NCBI GenBank assembly: GCA_963822965.1
Contig: CAWGJT010000006.1
Location: 532,982-596,981 of the forward strand
Length of the DNA stretch: 64,000 nucleotides
Origin: an uncultured delta proteobacterium
Lineage (GTDB): Bacteria > Myxococcota_A > UBA9160 > UBA4427
Reading direction: 5' to 3'
Shown: in pieces, positions 18,122-27,246 of the stretch
How the letters are laid out: every line of letters starts with the position of its first letter
Numbering within the stretch: the stretch's first letter is position 1
Notes under the pieces: generated by a model
Seen by the model: only the letters and a program-made list of their open reading frames with translations
Told to the model about the DNA's origin: nothing
Database searches by the model: none
Position numbers and translations under genes: made by a program

Positions 18122-19542
18122 GGACGCGCCACGTGGCGGCCTGGCTGGTCGGAGCGCTCCTCCTGGGCTGCGACGCCCCTGCGACCTTGCGACCGAACAT
18201 CGTGCTCATCATCGGGGACGACCACGCCTATCCCGACGCGGGCTTCATGGGCAGCAAGGTCGCGCGTACGCCGAATCTCGATCGACTCGCCGCCGAGGGC
18301 ACCGTGTTCACCACGGCCTACAACACGTCCAGCGTGTGCCGCCCCTCGCTCCTCTCACTGCTGACCGGGCTCCAGCCCTACCCGGCCAGCCTCTGGCTGG
18401 GGCGGCTCGAGCGGCGCGGCCTGGCCCGGAGGGCCGGCGCCATCCGCTACCTCGACACCCTGCCCGGACTGCTGAAGAGCCGCGGGTATCGGAGCTTCCA
18501 GGCGGGGAAGCTCTGGGAAGGAAGTCGCTTCGAGGAGGCCGGCTTCACCGCCGGAACCAAGACGGGTGCCCCCGGCGGTGGTCCCATGGTGCAGCTCGTG
18601 GGCGGCGAGTCGGGACTGCAGGTCGGCCGCACCACCATGGCACCGGTCTTCGAGTTCCTCCGAGACGCTGCCGGAGAGCCCTTCTTCCTCTGGTTCGCGC
18701 CGATGCTGCCCCACCGACCCTTCGACGCGCCGCCCGAGGCCCGCGCGCGCTACGAAGGCGAGCGGCTCTCCGAGAGCGCCCTCGGCTACTACGCGAACGT
18801 CTCCCGCCTCGACGACGCCGTCGGTGACCTGCTCGACGAGCTCGACACCCGGGAGATCACCGATCGAACCCTCGTCGTCTACCTCTCCGACAACGGCTGG
18901 GACCCGAGCGGCGACCTCGACGTGGGACGCGGCCGCGAGCTGGGCGGCGTGGCGGGCAAGATGTCCATGCACGAGCTGGGCTTCCGGACGCCGATGGTCT
19001 TCCGCTGGCCGGGACGGGTGCCGGCCGGGGTGGTTCGCGACGATCTCGTCTCCACCCTCGACCTGTTTCCGACCCTGCTCGACTACGCCGGGGACGCCGG
19101 GGACGCCGGGGACGCCGGGGCGGCGCGCCCGCCGGGCCGCGAGGGAATCGACCTGCGCGCGGCCGTCGAGCACGGTGCCGCGCTTCCAGCGCGTACCCTC
19201 TACGGCTGGATGGAGCATGCACTCCCGTCGCGGATCCCGCCCACCACGAAGCACTGGCGGGCGCAGGAGCGCGAAGCCTTCTTCGCGCGCAGCCCGCGCT
19301 GGCACTACATCCACTTCCCGGCGCGCGCAGACGACGGCGGCCGAGCCCAGCCCGCCGAGGCGGAGCTCTACGACCTGCGGGCCGATCCCGCCGAGAGCCG
19401 GAACGTGGCCGCCGCATTCCCCCAGGAGCTCCGCTCACTCGCCGCCGGAGTCGAGCGGTGGAGGCTGCAGGCCCTGGCCCGCCTGCCCGAGAAGGCATCG
19501 CCGGAGGCGGCGTGGCGCGACCCCGCCCGGGCGGCCCCGTAG
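18118..19542 (+). CDS. sulfatase family protein (alkaline phosphatase superfamily), secreted lipoprotein candidate
   Basis: GTG start overlapping the LLM stop (GTGA); ALLLGC lipobox; IVLIIGDDHAY...; non-canonical FGly region SVCRPSLLSLLTG; LVVYLSDNGW; C-terminal half of track ORF 14935..19542. Confidence 0.7.
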   Translation: MRTRHVAAWLVGALLLGCDAPATLRPNIVLIIGDDHAYPDAGFMGSKVARTPNLDRLAAEGTVFTTAYNTSSVCRPSLLSLLTGLQPYPASLWLGRLERRGLARRAGAIRYLDTLPGLLKSRGYRSFQAGKLWEGSRFEEAGFTAGTKTGAPGGGPMVQLVGGESGLQVGRTTMAPVFEFLRDAAGEPFFLWFAPMLPHRPFDAPPEARARYEGERLSESALGYYANVSRLDDAVGDLLDELDTREITDRTLVVYLSDNGWDPSGDLDVGRGRELGGVAGKMSMHELGFRTPMVFRWPGRVPAGVVRDDLVSTLDLFPTLLDYAGDAGDAGDAGAARPPGREGIDLRAAVEHGAALPARTLYGWMEHALPSRIPPTTKHWRAQEREAFFARSPRWHYIHFPARADDGGRAQPAEAELYDLRADPAESRNVAAAFPQELRSLAAGVERWRLQALARLPEKASPEAAWRDPARAAP

Positions 19543-19546
19543 CGGG

Positions 19547-19957
19547 TCAGCAGCAGCCGCGCGCCGGAGCGGGCTCCGGCGACGGGGAACCGAAGGTCTC
19601 CTCGTCTCCCCGGAACCGGTAGAACTCCCAGAGCAGGCCCTGCGGATCGTGGGCGTAGACGGTGCTCTTGCGCGCGTAGCAGCAATGCTCGTCCCGGATC
19701 ACCTGGGACGCGAGGCCGAGGGGCTCGAGACGCTCGATGGTGCGCTCCACCTCGTCGTTGTCCGCCGCCTCGAAACCGACGTGGTTCAGTCGTTCGGCGT
19801 CGGGGTTCTCGAACAGCACGAGCTTGAGCGGGGGCTCGTCGACGGCGAAGTTGGCGTAGCCGGGCTTCCGCTTGTTGACGGGGACGCCGAAGAGCTTCGA
19901 GTAGTAGTCGATCGCCTCGTCGAGGTCGCGCACGTTGAGGGCGAGCTGGAACCGCAT
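19547..19957 (-). CDS. arsI: ArsI/CadI family metalloenzyme (VOC/glyoxalase fold; C-As lyase or Cd-induced protein)
   Basis: MRFQLALNVRDLDEAIDYYSKLFG; vicinal-Cys motif DEHCCYA; AAGGAG RBS before ATG at 19957; directly downstream of arsR. Confidence 0.65.
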   Translation of the reverse strand: MRFQLALNVRDLDEAIDYYSKLFGVPVNKRKPGYANFAVDEPPLKLVLFENPDAERLNHVGFEAADNDEVERTIERLEPLGLASQVIRDEHCCYARKSTVYAHDPQGLLWEFYRFRGDEETFGSPSPEPAPARGCC

Positions 19958-20006
19958 GCGGGGACTCCTTGGATTCGGGTTCTCGGGGAACGGGACGCTG
20001 AATCGC

Positions 20007-20351
20007 TCAGGCGGGACCACAGCGGTTCGCCTGACAACAGTTCTCGGTGAGATAGGCCAGCACCTCGCCCATGGCGGCGAAGTCGGCGCGATAGAGGATC
20101 GAGCGGCCGTGGCGCTCGCTCGAGACGAGCCGCGCGTTCTTCAGCTCCTTCAGGTGGAAGGACAGGGTCGCCGCCGGGATCTCGAGGCTCCGGGAGAGCA
20201 CTCCGGGCGCGCTGCCCTCCCGCCCGGCCCGGACCAACGCGCGGAACACGTCGAGACGCGTCTCCTGGGCGAGGGCCGACAGGGCCGCGAGCACGTCCTG
20301 CTTCTCCACGATGTCCCCCCTTTGACCCTTCACACGCCACGCGCCACGCAC
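20007..20351 (-). CDS. arsR: ArsR/SmtB family metalloregulator
   Basis: HTH ATLSFHLKELKNARLV; C-terminal Cys triad ENCCQANRCG. Confidence 0.7.
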   Translation of the reverse strand: MRGAWRVKGQRGDIVEKQDVLAALSALAQETRLDVFRALVRAGREGSAPGVLSRSLEIPAATLSFHLKELKNARLVSSERHGRSILYRADFAAMGEVLAYLTENCCQANRCGPA

Positions 20352-20434
20352 CGGGCTGGATTTATTGTTTCCAACACTATCGAATCATGAAATCGATGTC
20401 GACCCCTTCCGTCCGGCGAATCCGGCGGATCCGG

Positions 20435-20440
20435 TAGAAT
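20435..20440 (+). promoter_or_regulatory. candidate sigma70-type -10 element (CGGTAGAAT) for gtrA, in AT-richer arsR/gtrA divergent intergenic region
   Basis: The same CGGTAGAAT nonamer recurs upstream of start codons at 22791-22799 and 62625-62633. Confidence 0.35.
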
Positions 20441-20482
20441 GCGCCGCAACCCCTCGGAGACAGGAACGAAATCCGGCAGCCG

Positions 20483-20929
20483 ATGGAGCACCCCGCGACC
20501 CCCGGGCGATGGCGCGCGCGCCTGGCCGCCCTGCCCCCGGGCCTGATCCAGCTCGTTCGCTTCGCGATCGTCGGGGGCCTCGGCACGGTCACGAACCTGG
20601 TCCTGTTCTACGTCCTGGTCGACCTCGGGAGCCTCGCCCCCCTCCTCGGCACCGTCGTCTGCTTCGCGGTGGCCGTGTCCCAGAACTACGTGCTGAACGA
20701 GCTGTGGACCTTCGCGACCGCCGGAGACGGCCGGCTCGCGGGGCGCCGCTACGTGAAGTTCGTCGTCGCGTCGCTCGTAGGCCTCGGGGTGAACCTGGTG
20801 GTGCTGGCCGCCTTGATCGCGATGGTGCAGTTCCCATTGCTCGTGATTCCCCAGGCCGTCGGGATCGGCGCCGGCATGACGGTCAACTTCCTCGCGTCCC
20901 GCTCCCTGGTGTTCCACCGCCGCGACTGA
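20483..20929 (+). CDS. GtrA family membrane protein (polysaccharide-synthesis associated)
   Basis: LVRFAIVGGLGTVTNLVLFYVLV... 4-TM GtrA signature; 148 aa. Confidence 0.7.
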   Translation: MEHPATPGRWRARLAALPPGLIQLVRFAIVGGLGTVTNLVLFYVLVDLGSLAPLLGTVVCFAVAVSQNYVLNELWTFATAGDGRLAGRRYVKFVVASLVGLGVNLVVLAALIAMVQFPLLVIPQAVGIGAGMTVNFLASRSLVFHRRD

Positions 20930-20980
20930 GCCCGCCCTCGCGGCGGCTCGCGTGATAGGCTCGTTGCCGGGAGGCCCGGC

Positions 20981-21844
20981 ATGCGAGGAGGAATCCGTTC
21001 CGGCGAGCTGACTGGCTTCGAGGTGGCCGTGCGCGATCCGGGCGTGGCCTGGATCCGCTTCAACCGCCCCGACCGCCTGAACGGCATGAACCCGGCGATG
21101 AAGCGCGACCTCGTCGAGACCCTGCTGCAGGCGCAGATGGACGACGGCGTGCGGGTCGTGGTCTTCACCGGCTCGGGGCGCGCGTTCTGCGCGGGCGACG
21201 ATCTGAACGCCTATCGGAGCCCCGACGAGTCCACGCTCGTCCCGCCCATCGCCCCCGGGCACGACACTCCCATGGGCACCTACGACGGCCTGCGCAGCGT
21301 CTCCCAGGCCGTGAATCTCGCCATCCGGAGCCTCGACAAGCTGTCCATCGCGGCCATCAACGGCGTCGCCATCCAGACCGGGCTCTCCCTCGCGCTCGCC
21401 TGCGACTTCCGGATCGCGTCGAGCGACGCGCGGCTGGGCAGCGCCACCCTGCGCTTCGGGCTGATGCCGGACGAGGGCGGGCAGTACCTGCTGGTCCAGC
21501 ATCTCGGCCTGGCCCGGGCGATGGACTTCCTGATGCGCAAGCGGATCGTCTCCGCCCACGAGGCCCACGACCTCGGCCTCGTGCACGAGGTCGCGGAGCC
21601 AGCGACGCTCGAGACCCGCACCTTGGAGCTGGCCCGCGAGCTCGCCGAGGGCCCCCAGGTGGCCATGCGCCTCCTCAAGCGTTCGATCTACAACGCGGCG
21701 GAGCTGAGCTTTTCCCAGGCCCTGGACGAGATCGCCGCCAAGACCGCGGTGAGCGACCACCACCCCGATGCCCGGGAGGGCGTCACGGCGTTCCGGGAGA
21801 AGCGCCCTGCCCGCTTCAACCGCTGGCTCGAGAAGGACGAGTGA
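20981..21844 (+). CDS. enoyl-CoA hydratase/isomerase (crotonase) family
   Basis: VVVFTGSGRAFCAGDDL oxyanion-hole motif. Confidence 0.8.
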   Translation: MRGGIRSGELTGFEVAVRDPGVAWIRFNRPDRLNGMNPAMKRDLVETLLQAQMDDGVRVVVFTGSGRAFCAGDDLNAYRSPDESTLVPPIAPGHDTPMGTYDGLRSVSQAVNLAIRSLDKLSIAAINGVAIQTGLSLALACDFRIASSDARLGSATLRFGLMPDEGGQYLLVQHLGLARAMDFLMRKRIVSAHEAHDLGLVHEVAEPATLETRTLELARELAEGPQVAMRLLKRSIYNAAELSFSQALDEIAAKTAVSDHHPDAREGVTAFREKRPARFNRWLEKDE

Positions 21845-21848
21845 CGGA

Positions 21849-22703
21849 TCAGGCCTGGGAGTAGCCCGAGCCCGGCCGGTCGAAGCCGATGCCACGGCCC
21901 TTCTCGATCCAGCCGAACTCCTTCAGCACGACCTGGCTGTAGGTGACCCGGCCGCTCACCTTCTCGAGGGGCTCCGTGGCGAGCAGCAACGCGGCCTGGG
22001 CCATGTACTCCGCGGGCTCGGCCCGGGGATCCTCCATCCCGCGGACGAGCTTGTGGTGGACGGTGCCCGGGGTCGCCACCACCTGGGACGGCGACACGCA
22101 GGTCACCGAGACCCCGTCGTCGTAGACCTCGGCGGCGAGCCCCTGGGTGAAGCGTTCGAGGGCGGCCTTCTCGGCCCCGTACAGGGTGCCGCCCCGGAAG
22201 CGCCGCACCTCCTCGGAGTAGGGAGCGACGCCCGGGCCGATGGCCGCGCCGCTCGAGATGTTCACGATGGCGCCGGCCCGGCGCTCGATCATCTTGGGCA
22301 GCACGAGCTGGGAGAGGTAGAACGGCGCGTGCACGTTCACCGCGAACGAGCGGTGCCACTTGCCCAGCGGGAAGTCGCGGATCGGGATGAAGTACGTGAG
22401 CGCCGCGTTGTTGACCAGCACGTCGACGGGGCCGAGCGTCTTCTCCACCTCCGCCACCGCCTGGGCGCAGTTGTCGTACTCCGAGACGTCGCAGGGGAGC
22501 GCGAACGCTTCGCCGCCCGCCGACCGGATCCGGTCCACCGTCCGCGAGAGGGATCCGGCGAAGAGCCGGTGGCCGCCCTCCTCCAGGGTGCGCGCGCTGC
22601 AGGCCACCCGCGCGCCCTCCCGACCGAAGAGCTCGGCGATCTCCTGACCGATCCCGCGACTCGCGCCCGTCACCAGCGCCACCTTCCCATCGAGTCTGCC
22701 CAT
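21849..22703 (-). CDS. SDR family oxidoreductase
   Basis: MGRLDGKVALVTGASRGIGQ, NNAA, YGAEK; AGGAGG RBS before ATG 22703. Confidence 0.8.
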   Translation of the reverse strand: MGRLDGKVALVTGASRGIGQEIAELFGREGARVACSARTLEEGGHRLFAGSLSRTVDRIRSAGGEAFALPCDVSEYDNCAQAVAEVEKTLGPVDVLVNNAALTYFIPIRDFPLGKWHRSFAVNVHAPFYLSQLVLPKMIERRAGAIVNISSGAAIGPGVAPYSEEVRRFRGGTLYGAEKAALERFTQGLAAEVYDDGVSVTCVSPSQVVATPGTVHHKLVRGMEDPRAEPAEYMAQAALLLATEPLEKVSGRVTYSQVVLKEFGWIEKGRGIGFDRPGSGYSQA

Positions 22704-22793
22704 CTTCGTCCCTCCTGGCCGGCTTTCCCCCGAGCCCTGCGAGTCTACCGCCCTCACGGACGAAACCGCTTCCCGCGCCCCCGACCGCGGCGG

Positions 22794-22799
22794 TAGAAT
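22794..22799 (+). promoter_or_regulatory. candidate -10 element TAGAAT upstream of the acyl-CoA synthetase gene
   Basis: cgaccgcggcggTAGAATcgggctcacccGGAGGAgccggATG; -10, RBS and start in canonical spacing. Confidence 0.4.
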
Positions 22800-22821
22800 C
22801 GGGCTCACCCGGAGGAGCCGG

Positions 22822-24402
22822 ATGAACGAGCCCGCCCCGCCCGACTTCCTCGCGACGCCTCGCGACGCCGCCAAGGTGGGCATGCTCATCGCGTTCACCG
22901 CGCGCCGCGCCCCGGGTCGGCCCGCCATCCTGTCGGAGCGCGGCGGCCGGACATACGGCGAGCTCGACGAGCGGGCGAATCGCCTGGTGCGCGCGCTGCG
23001 CGCCCGAGGCCTCGCCGCGGGGGACGCGGTGGCGCTCCTGTGCAGCAACCGGCCGGAGTTCGCCGAGGTGTACGCGGCCTGCCTCCGCGGCGGCTTCCGA
23101 CTCACCTGCCTCAACTGGCACCTGAAGGCGGACGAGGCCGGCTACATCGTGGACGACTGCGAGGCGCGGGCCTTCCTCGCCGAGGCCGACCGCGTGAGCG
23201 AGGTGGCGGCGGCCGCCGCCGAGATGGCGCCCTGCGCCTCCGTGCGCCTGTCCATCGGCGGTGCGATCCCGGGCTTCGAGTCCTACGAGAAGGCGCTCGC
23301 CGCGGAGTCGGCCGCGATCCTCACGGATCCCGTCCGCGGAACCACCATGCTCTACACGTCGGGCACCACCGGACGACCGAAGGGCGTGCATCGCGACACC
23401 CCGCCGCCCCCGGACCGCACGCCGAACCGCGAGCCGATGGTGCGCGGCGAATCCGTGGTGCTGTGCACGGGTCCCCTGTACCACGCAGCGCCCCTGCAGA
23501 CCAACCTCGTCCTGCCCCTTCACCGGGGCGTGACGGTGGTGCTGATGGACCGCTGGGACGCGGAGGAGACCCTGCGGCTCGTGGAGCGACACCGGGTCAC
23601 CCACACCCACATGGTGGCGACCATGTTCCATCGCCTGCTGGCGCTGCCGGAGGAGACGCGCGACCGCTACGACCTCTCGTCCCTGCGTTACGTGCTCCAC
23701 GGCGCCGCCCCCACCCCCGTCCACGTCAAGCAGGCCATGATGGACTGGCTGGGACCCCGGCTCTACGAGTACTACGCGGCCACCGAGGGCGGCGGCACCT
23801 TCATCACGCCGGAGCAGTGGCTCGCGAGGCCGGGCAGCGTGGGACCGGCCAACCCCGGGAGACGGGTCGAGATCCTGGACGACGACGGCCGCCGACTCGG
23901 CCCCGGCGAGGTGGGCACCGTCTACTTCGATCGCCCGGAGAGCGGAGCCTTCACGTACTTCAAGGACGCGGACAAGACGGCTTCCGCCTACCGGGACGAC
24001 CGCTTCACCCTGGGCGACCACGGCTACCTGGACGAGGACGGCTATCTCTTCCTCACGGGCCGCACCTCCGAAACCATCATCTCGGCCGGCGTAAACGTCT
24101 ACCCCGCGGAGGTCGACGCGGTGCTGCTGATGCACCGCGCGGTGGCCGACGCGGCCACGGTGGGCGTGCCCCACGACGAGCGCGGCGAGGAGGTGAGAGC
24201 CGTGGTGCAGCTGGCGCCCGGTCACGCGCCCTCGGCCGATCTCGCCGCCGAGCTGATCGCCTTCTGCCGCGAGCGCCTCGCACACTTCAAGTGTCCCCGC
24301 GGCGTCGACTTCGACCCCGCGCTGCCCCGGGGCGAAGCCGGAAAGATCCAGCGACACCGCGTACGCGAGCGCTACTGGCCGGATCGACACACGCAAACAT
24401 AG
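22822..24402 (+). CDS. AMP-dependent synthetase/ligase (acyl-CoA synthetase)
   Basis: LYTSGTTGRPKGV AMP-binding motif; 526 aa. Confidence 0.85.
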   Translation: MNEPAPPDFLATPRDAAKVGMLIAFTARRAPGRPAILSERGGRTYGELDERANRLVRALRARGLAAGDAVALLCSNRPEFAEVYAACLRGGFRLTCLNWHLKADEAGYIVDDCEARAFLAEADRVSEVAAAAAEMAPCASVRLSIGGAIPGFESYEKALAAESAAILTDPVRGTTMLYTSGTTGRPKGVHRDTPPPPDRTPNREPMVRGESVVLCTGPLYHAAPLQTNLVLPLHRGVTVVLMDRWDAEETLRLVERHRVTHTHMVATMFHRLLALPEETRDRYDLSSLRYVLHGAAPTPVHVKQAMMDWLGPRLYEYYAATEGGGTFITPEQWLARPGSVGPANPGRRVEILDDDGRRLGPGEVGTVYFDRPESGAFTYFKDADKTASAYRDDRFTLGDHGYLDEDGYLFLTGRTSETIISAGVNVYPAEVDAVLLMHRAVADAATVGVPHDERGEEVRAVVQLAPGHAPSADLAAELIAFCRERLAHFKCPRGVDFDPALPRGEAGKIQRHRVRERYWPDRHTQT

Positions 24403-24443
24403 AAGCCAAGGCGGCGCTGACCTTCGGCTGCGGTCGGCCGCAC

Positions 24444-25330
24444 GTGCTGGTGGTGGGACTCGACGGCGCGAACTGGGCGGTCCTCGACCCGCCCATCGAC
24501 GCGGGCTATCTGCCGAACATCGGTCGTCTCGTGCGCCACGGCGCCGGCGCGGGGCTCCTCTGCGAGCCCGCGGATCCGGCCGCGCCGTGCTTCTGTCCGC
24601 CGGTCTGGACCTCCGTCGCCACCGGCGTGACGCGCGGCGAGCACCGCATCCGCAACGTCTTCGACCCTTCGTCCCGGCGCGCCCGCAAGACCATCGGCCG
24701 CCCGCGTGGGCGATCTTCGCCCGGGATCGCGCGGCGATGGCGGCGCTGCTCCAGCTCTCGCTGGCACGGGGCATGGCCGAGCCCTGGGACCGCAAGACCG
24801 AGCTCACCATGATGATCCTGCACGGACCGGACCGGGTGTCCCACCTGCTGTGGGGCGGTCTGCAGGACGTGATGTACGGACCGTTCCACACGGAGGCGCT
24901 GCTCGCCCAGGCGGCCGCCTACGACGGGCCGGTCCTCGAGCCCGGCCCCTTCGGCTGGGGACAGATCGCCGATCCCTACCTGGAGGTCGACGAATGGCTG
25001 GGACGACTCCTGCTGACACGCCGCTACGACTACATCGTGTTCGTCAGCGACCACGGCATGACGCGGAATCCCAACCCGGGACTGGCGGGGCAACACGACG
25101 TGGACTCGACCGAGGCCCACACGGGCATCCTGGCGATCCACGGAATGGGCGTGCGCGAGGGCGCCTGGCTCGGGGACGTCTCGGTGCTCGACGTCGCGCC
25201 CACTCTCGCGTACCTGCTCGACCTGCCCGTCGCCCTGGACCTGCCGGGTCGGGTGCTGCGCGAGGCGTTCACCGACGAACGGCTGGAGCGCCGGCCCGCC
25301 TATGCGAAGACCGTGATGAGCTGGGAGTGA
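24444..25330 (+). pseudogene. alkaline-phosphatase-superfamily nucleotide pyrophosphatase/phosphodiesterase-like gene with a -1 frameshift near 24680-24700 (or sequencing indel)
   Basis: N-terminal part HVLVVGLDGANWAVLDP...RIRNVFDP sits in the frame of track ORF 23040..24812. The continuation AWAIFARDRAAMAALLQ...VFVSDHGMT...ILAIHGMGV... sits in the frame of 24587..25330. Confidence 0.45.
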
Positions 25331-25400
25331 GCCGGCTCGAGCCGGCTCCTTCCTCTCCGGGCCGGCGGCGCCGCGCCGGCCGGCCGCGCACCCGTCTTCC
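25326..25400. terminator. GC-rich palindromic region between convergent genes (candidate bidirectional terminator)
   Basis: Perfect 18-bp palindrome AGCCGGCTCGAGCCGGCT overlapping the stop of the upstream gene, followed by further GGCCGGCC-type palindromes. Confidence 0.35.
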
Positions 25401-25415
25401 CCGGCCCTCGCGCCC

Positions 25416-26264
25416 TCAGGCCGCTTCGTCCGCCGCCCGGATCAGGTGCACGTCGCGCTGGGGGAACGGGATGGAGCAGCCCGCCGCTTCCAGCTCCAGC
25501 TTGAGCTCGCGAATCAGATCGAAGCGCAGGGCCCAGTACTCGCTTCCCTTGCACCACGGGCGCACCACCAGGTTCACCGAGGAGTCCCCCAGCTCGGACA
25601 CGGCGATCGTCGTGGCGGGGTCGGCGAGCACGCGCTTGTCGTTCCCCACCACCCGGGCGATGGTGTCCATGGCCAGCTGGATGTCGTCCGTGTACGAGAT
25701 GCTCATGACGAGGTCGACGCGGCGATTCTCGTTGGCCGAGTAGTTCTTGATCGTCGAGCCGTAGATCGACGAGTTCGGCACGGTGATGCGGACGTTGTCC
25801 GGCGTATTCAGGATCGTGGAGAAGATGCCAATCTCCACGACGCTCCCTGCCGTGCCGCCCACCTCGACGTAGTCCCCCGGCCGGAAGGGTCGGAAGAGCA
25901 GCAGCATCGTGCCCGCGGCGAAGTTCGACAGGGTGCCCTGGAGGGCCAGTCCGACCGCCAGACCCGCGGCGCCGAGGACGGCGATGATCGACGTGGTCTG
26001 GATGCCGAACAGGTTCAGAACGGCCACCAGCACCACGGTGAGGGCGAGGTAGTAGACGGCGCTCGAGATGAAGGGCACCAGCGCCCCGTCCACCTTTCCG
26101 CGCTCGAGGGTGTGACGCACCGACTTGCGGATCAGACCGGCCACCCACCGACCGACGATCAGGACGATGATGGCGCCCACGACGCTCAGGCCCCAGGTGG
26201 AGACGAGCTTCGCGCTCGCGTCGACGACCTGTCCGACGGTGTTGCTGACTGCGTTGGGATCCAT
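25416..26264 (-). CDS. mechanosensitive ion channel (MscS family)
   Basis: TM3/beta-domain signature GTMLLLFRPFRPGDYVEVGGTAGSVVEIGIFSTIL...; ATG at 26264 with upstream GGGTGAGGG. Confidence 0.75.
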   Translation of the reverse strand: MDPNAVSNTVGQVVDASAKLVSTWGLSVVGAIIVLIVGRWVAGLIRKSVRHTLERGKVDGALVPFISSAVYYLALTVVLVAVLNLFGIQTTSIIAVLGAAGLAVGLALQGTLSNFAAGTMLLLFRPFRPGDYVEVGGTAGSVVEIGIFSTILNTPDNVRITVPNSSIYGSTIKNYSANENRRVDLVMSISYTDDIQLAMDTIARVVGNDKRVLADPATTIAVSELGDSSVNLVVRPWCKGSEYWALRFDLIRELKLELEAAGCSIPFPQRDVHLIRAADEAA

Positions 26265-26531
26265 GACTGCCCTCACCCTTTTTGCCAGTCCGCGTCTGCC
26301 GCGTCTGCCGCGTCTGCCGCGCTCGTCCGTGGCGCTGGTCGGCTCTCGGTTCACGGAGGATCGCTCGTGCACCTCCGCGGAGCGGATGTTACGACACGAG
26401 CCGGACTGTCAGCGACGGGAGATGACGGAAAATCTCGCGCTCCAGCGGGCAGAGCGCGGCCCAGGCGGGGCCGGCAGCCGCTGTTGTCCAGATTTTCGGG
26501 GGCAGGGGGCACCAGAGCCCCCTCCACACGA

Positions 26532-27209
26532 CTAACGCGGCCGCAGGCGTAGCCGGTCGCCGAGGTCCGGGAGGGGCTCGTCCCAGCGCCGGGCGCCCCT
26601 CCCCTGAGCGATCGGCCCCAGGAAGATCTCCACGGCACGCGCCACACGGTCGCGCAGCGACTTCGAGGGGTCGTCGTAGAGCCACTGGATCAGCGTGCCG
26701 TGCGAGAGGCTGTCGTAGGCCCGGGCCAGGTCCTCGGCGCTGTGGTCCGCGCTGATCTCGCTCCGCTGCTGCCCCCGCTCCATCAGCCGGGTGAGCCGCT
26801 GGATGGTGAACTCGCGGGCCTCCGCCGCACCGCCGCCCTCCTCGAGCCCCACTTGCCGCTTGGCGATCTCGCGAAACACGCCCTTGTAGAACGGTCGCAC
26901 CTGCTCGATGACCTCCCCCATGTGATCGCCGAGCGCGCGCAGGAGCGTCGGAACCGGCGTATGCTCGTCGTCCAGCGCGCGATCGAGCATGCCCCCGTAG
27001 TAGGAGAGGACGTCCTCGGTGATCGCGTCCACCAGCGCATGCTTGGACGCGAAGTAGTTGAAGACCGTGGCGCGAGCGACGCCCGCTGTCCGGGCGATCT
27101 CGGAGACGGTGACCTCGTCGAAGCCATGCATCGCGAAGAGCTTCTTGGCGCTCTCGAGGATTCGCTCGCGCTGCTCGATCCGGTTCTGGTCCCGCCTGCT
27201 CACGGCCAC
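26532..27209 (-). CDS. TetR/AcrR family transcriptional regulator
   Basis: HTH FDEVTVSEIARTAGVARATVFNYFASK; GTG start at 27209 after GGAGGCGGGAGAAGG. Confidence 0.7.
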   Translation of the reverse strand: MAVSRRDQNRIEQRERILESAKKLFAMHGFDEVTVSEIARTAGVARATVFNYFASKHALVDAITEDVLSYYGGMLDRALDDEHTPVPTLLRALGDHMGEVIEQVRPFYKGVFREIAKRQVGLEEGGGAAEAREFTIQRLTRLMERGQQRSEISADHSAEDLARAYDSLSHGTLIQWLYDDPSKSLRDRVARAVEIFLGPIAQGRGARRWDEPLPDLGDRLRLRPR

Positions 27210-27246
27210 GGCCTTCTCCCGCCTCCATCCGCCTCCAGGAAGATCC

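Noticed and set aside
14935-19542. 1535-aa ORF on + strand (and similar giant ORFs 6232..12018 -, 3642..5960 -, 30463..33555 +, 15113..18037 -)
   Set aside because: These are high-GC frame read-through artefacts that concatenate several genes or shadow frames. Only segments with recognisable family motifs and proper start/RBS context were kept.
26288-26322. CRISPR array check on short tandem repeats (here and at 49150-49222, 19090-19122)
   Set aside because: Units are contiguous with no spacers and only 9-24 bp long; no cas genes nearby.
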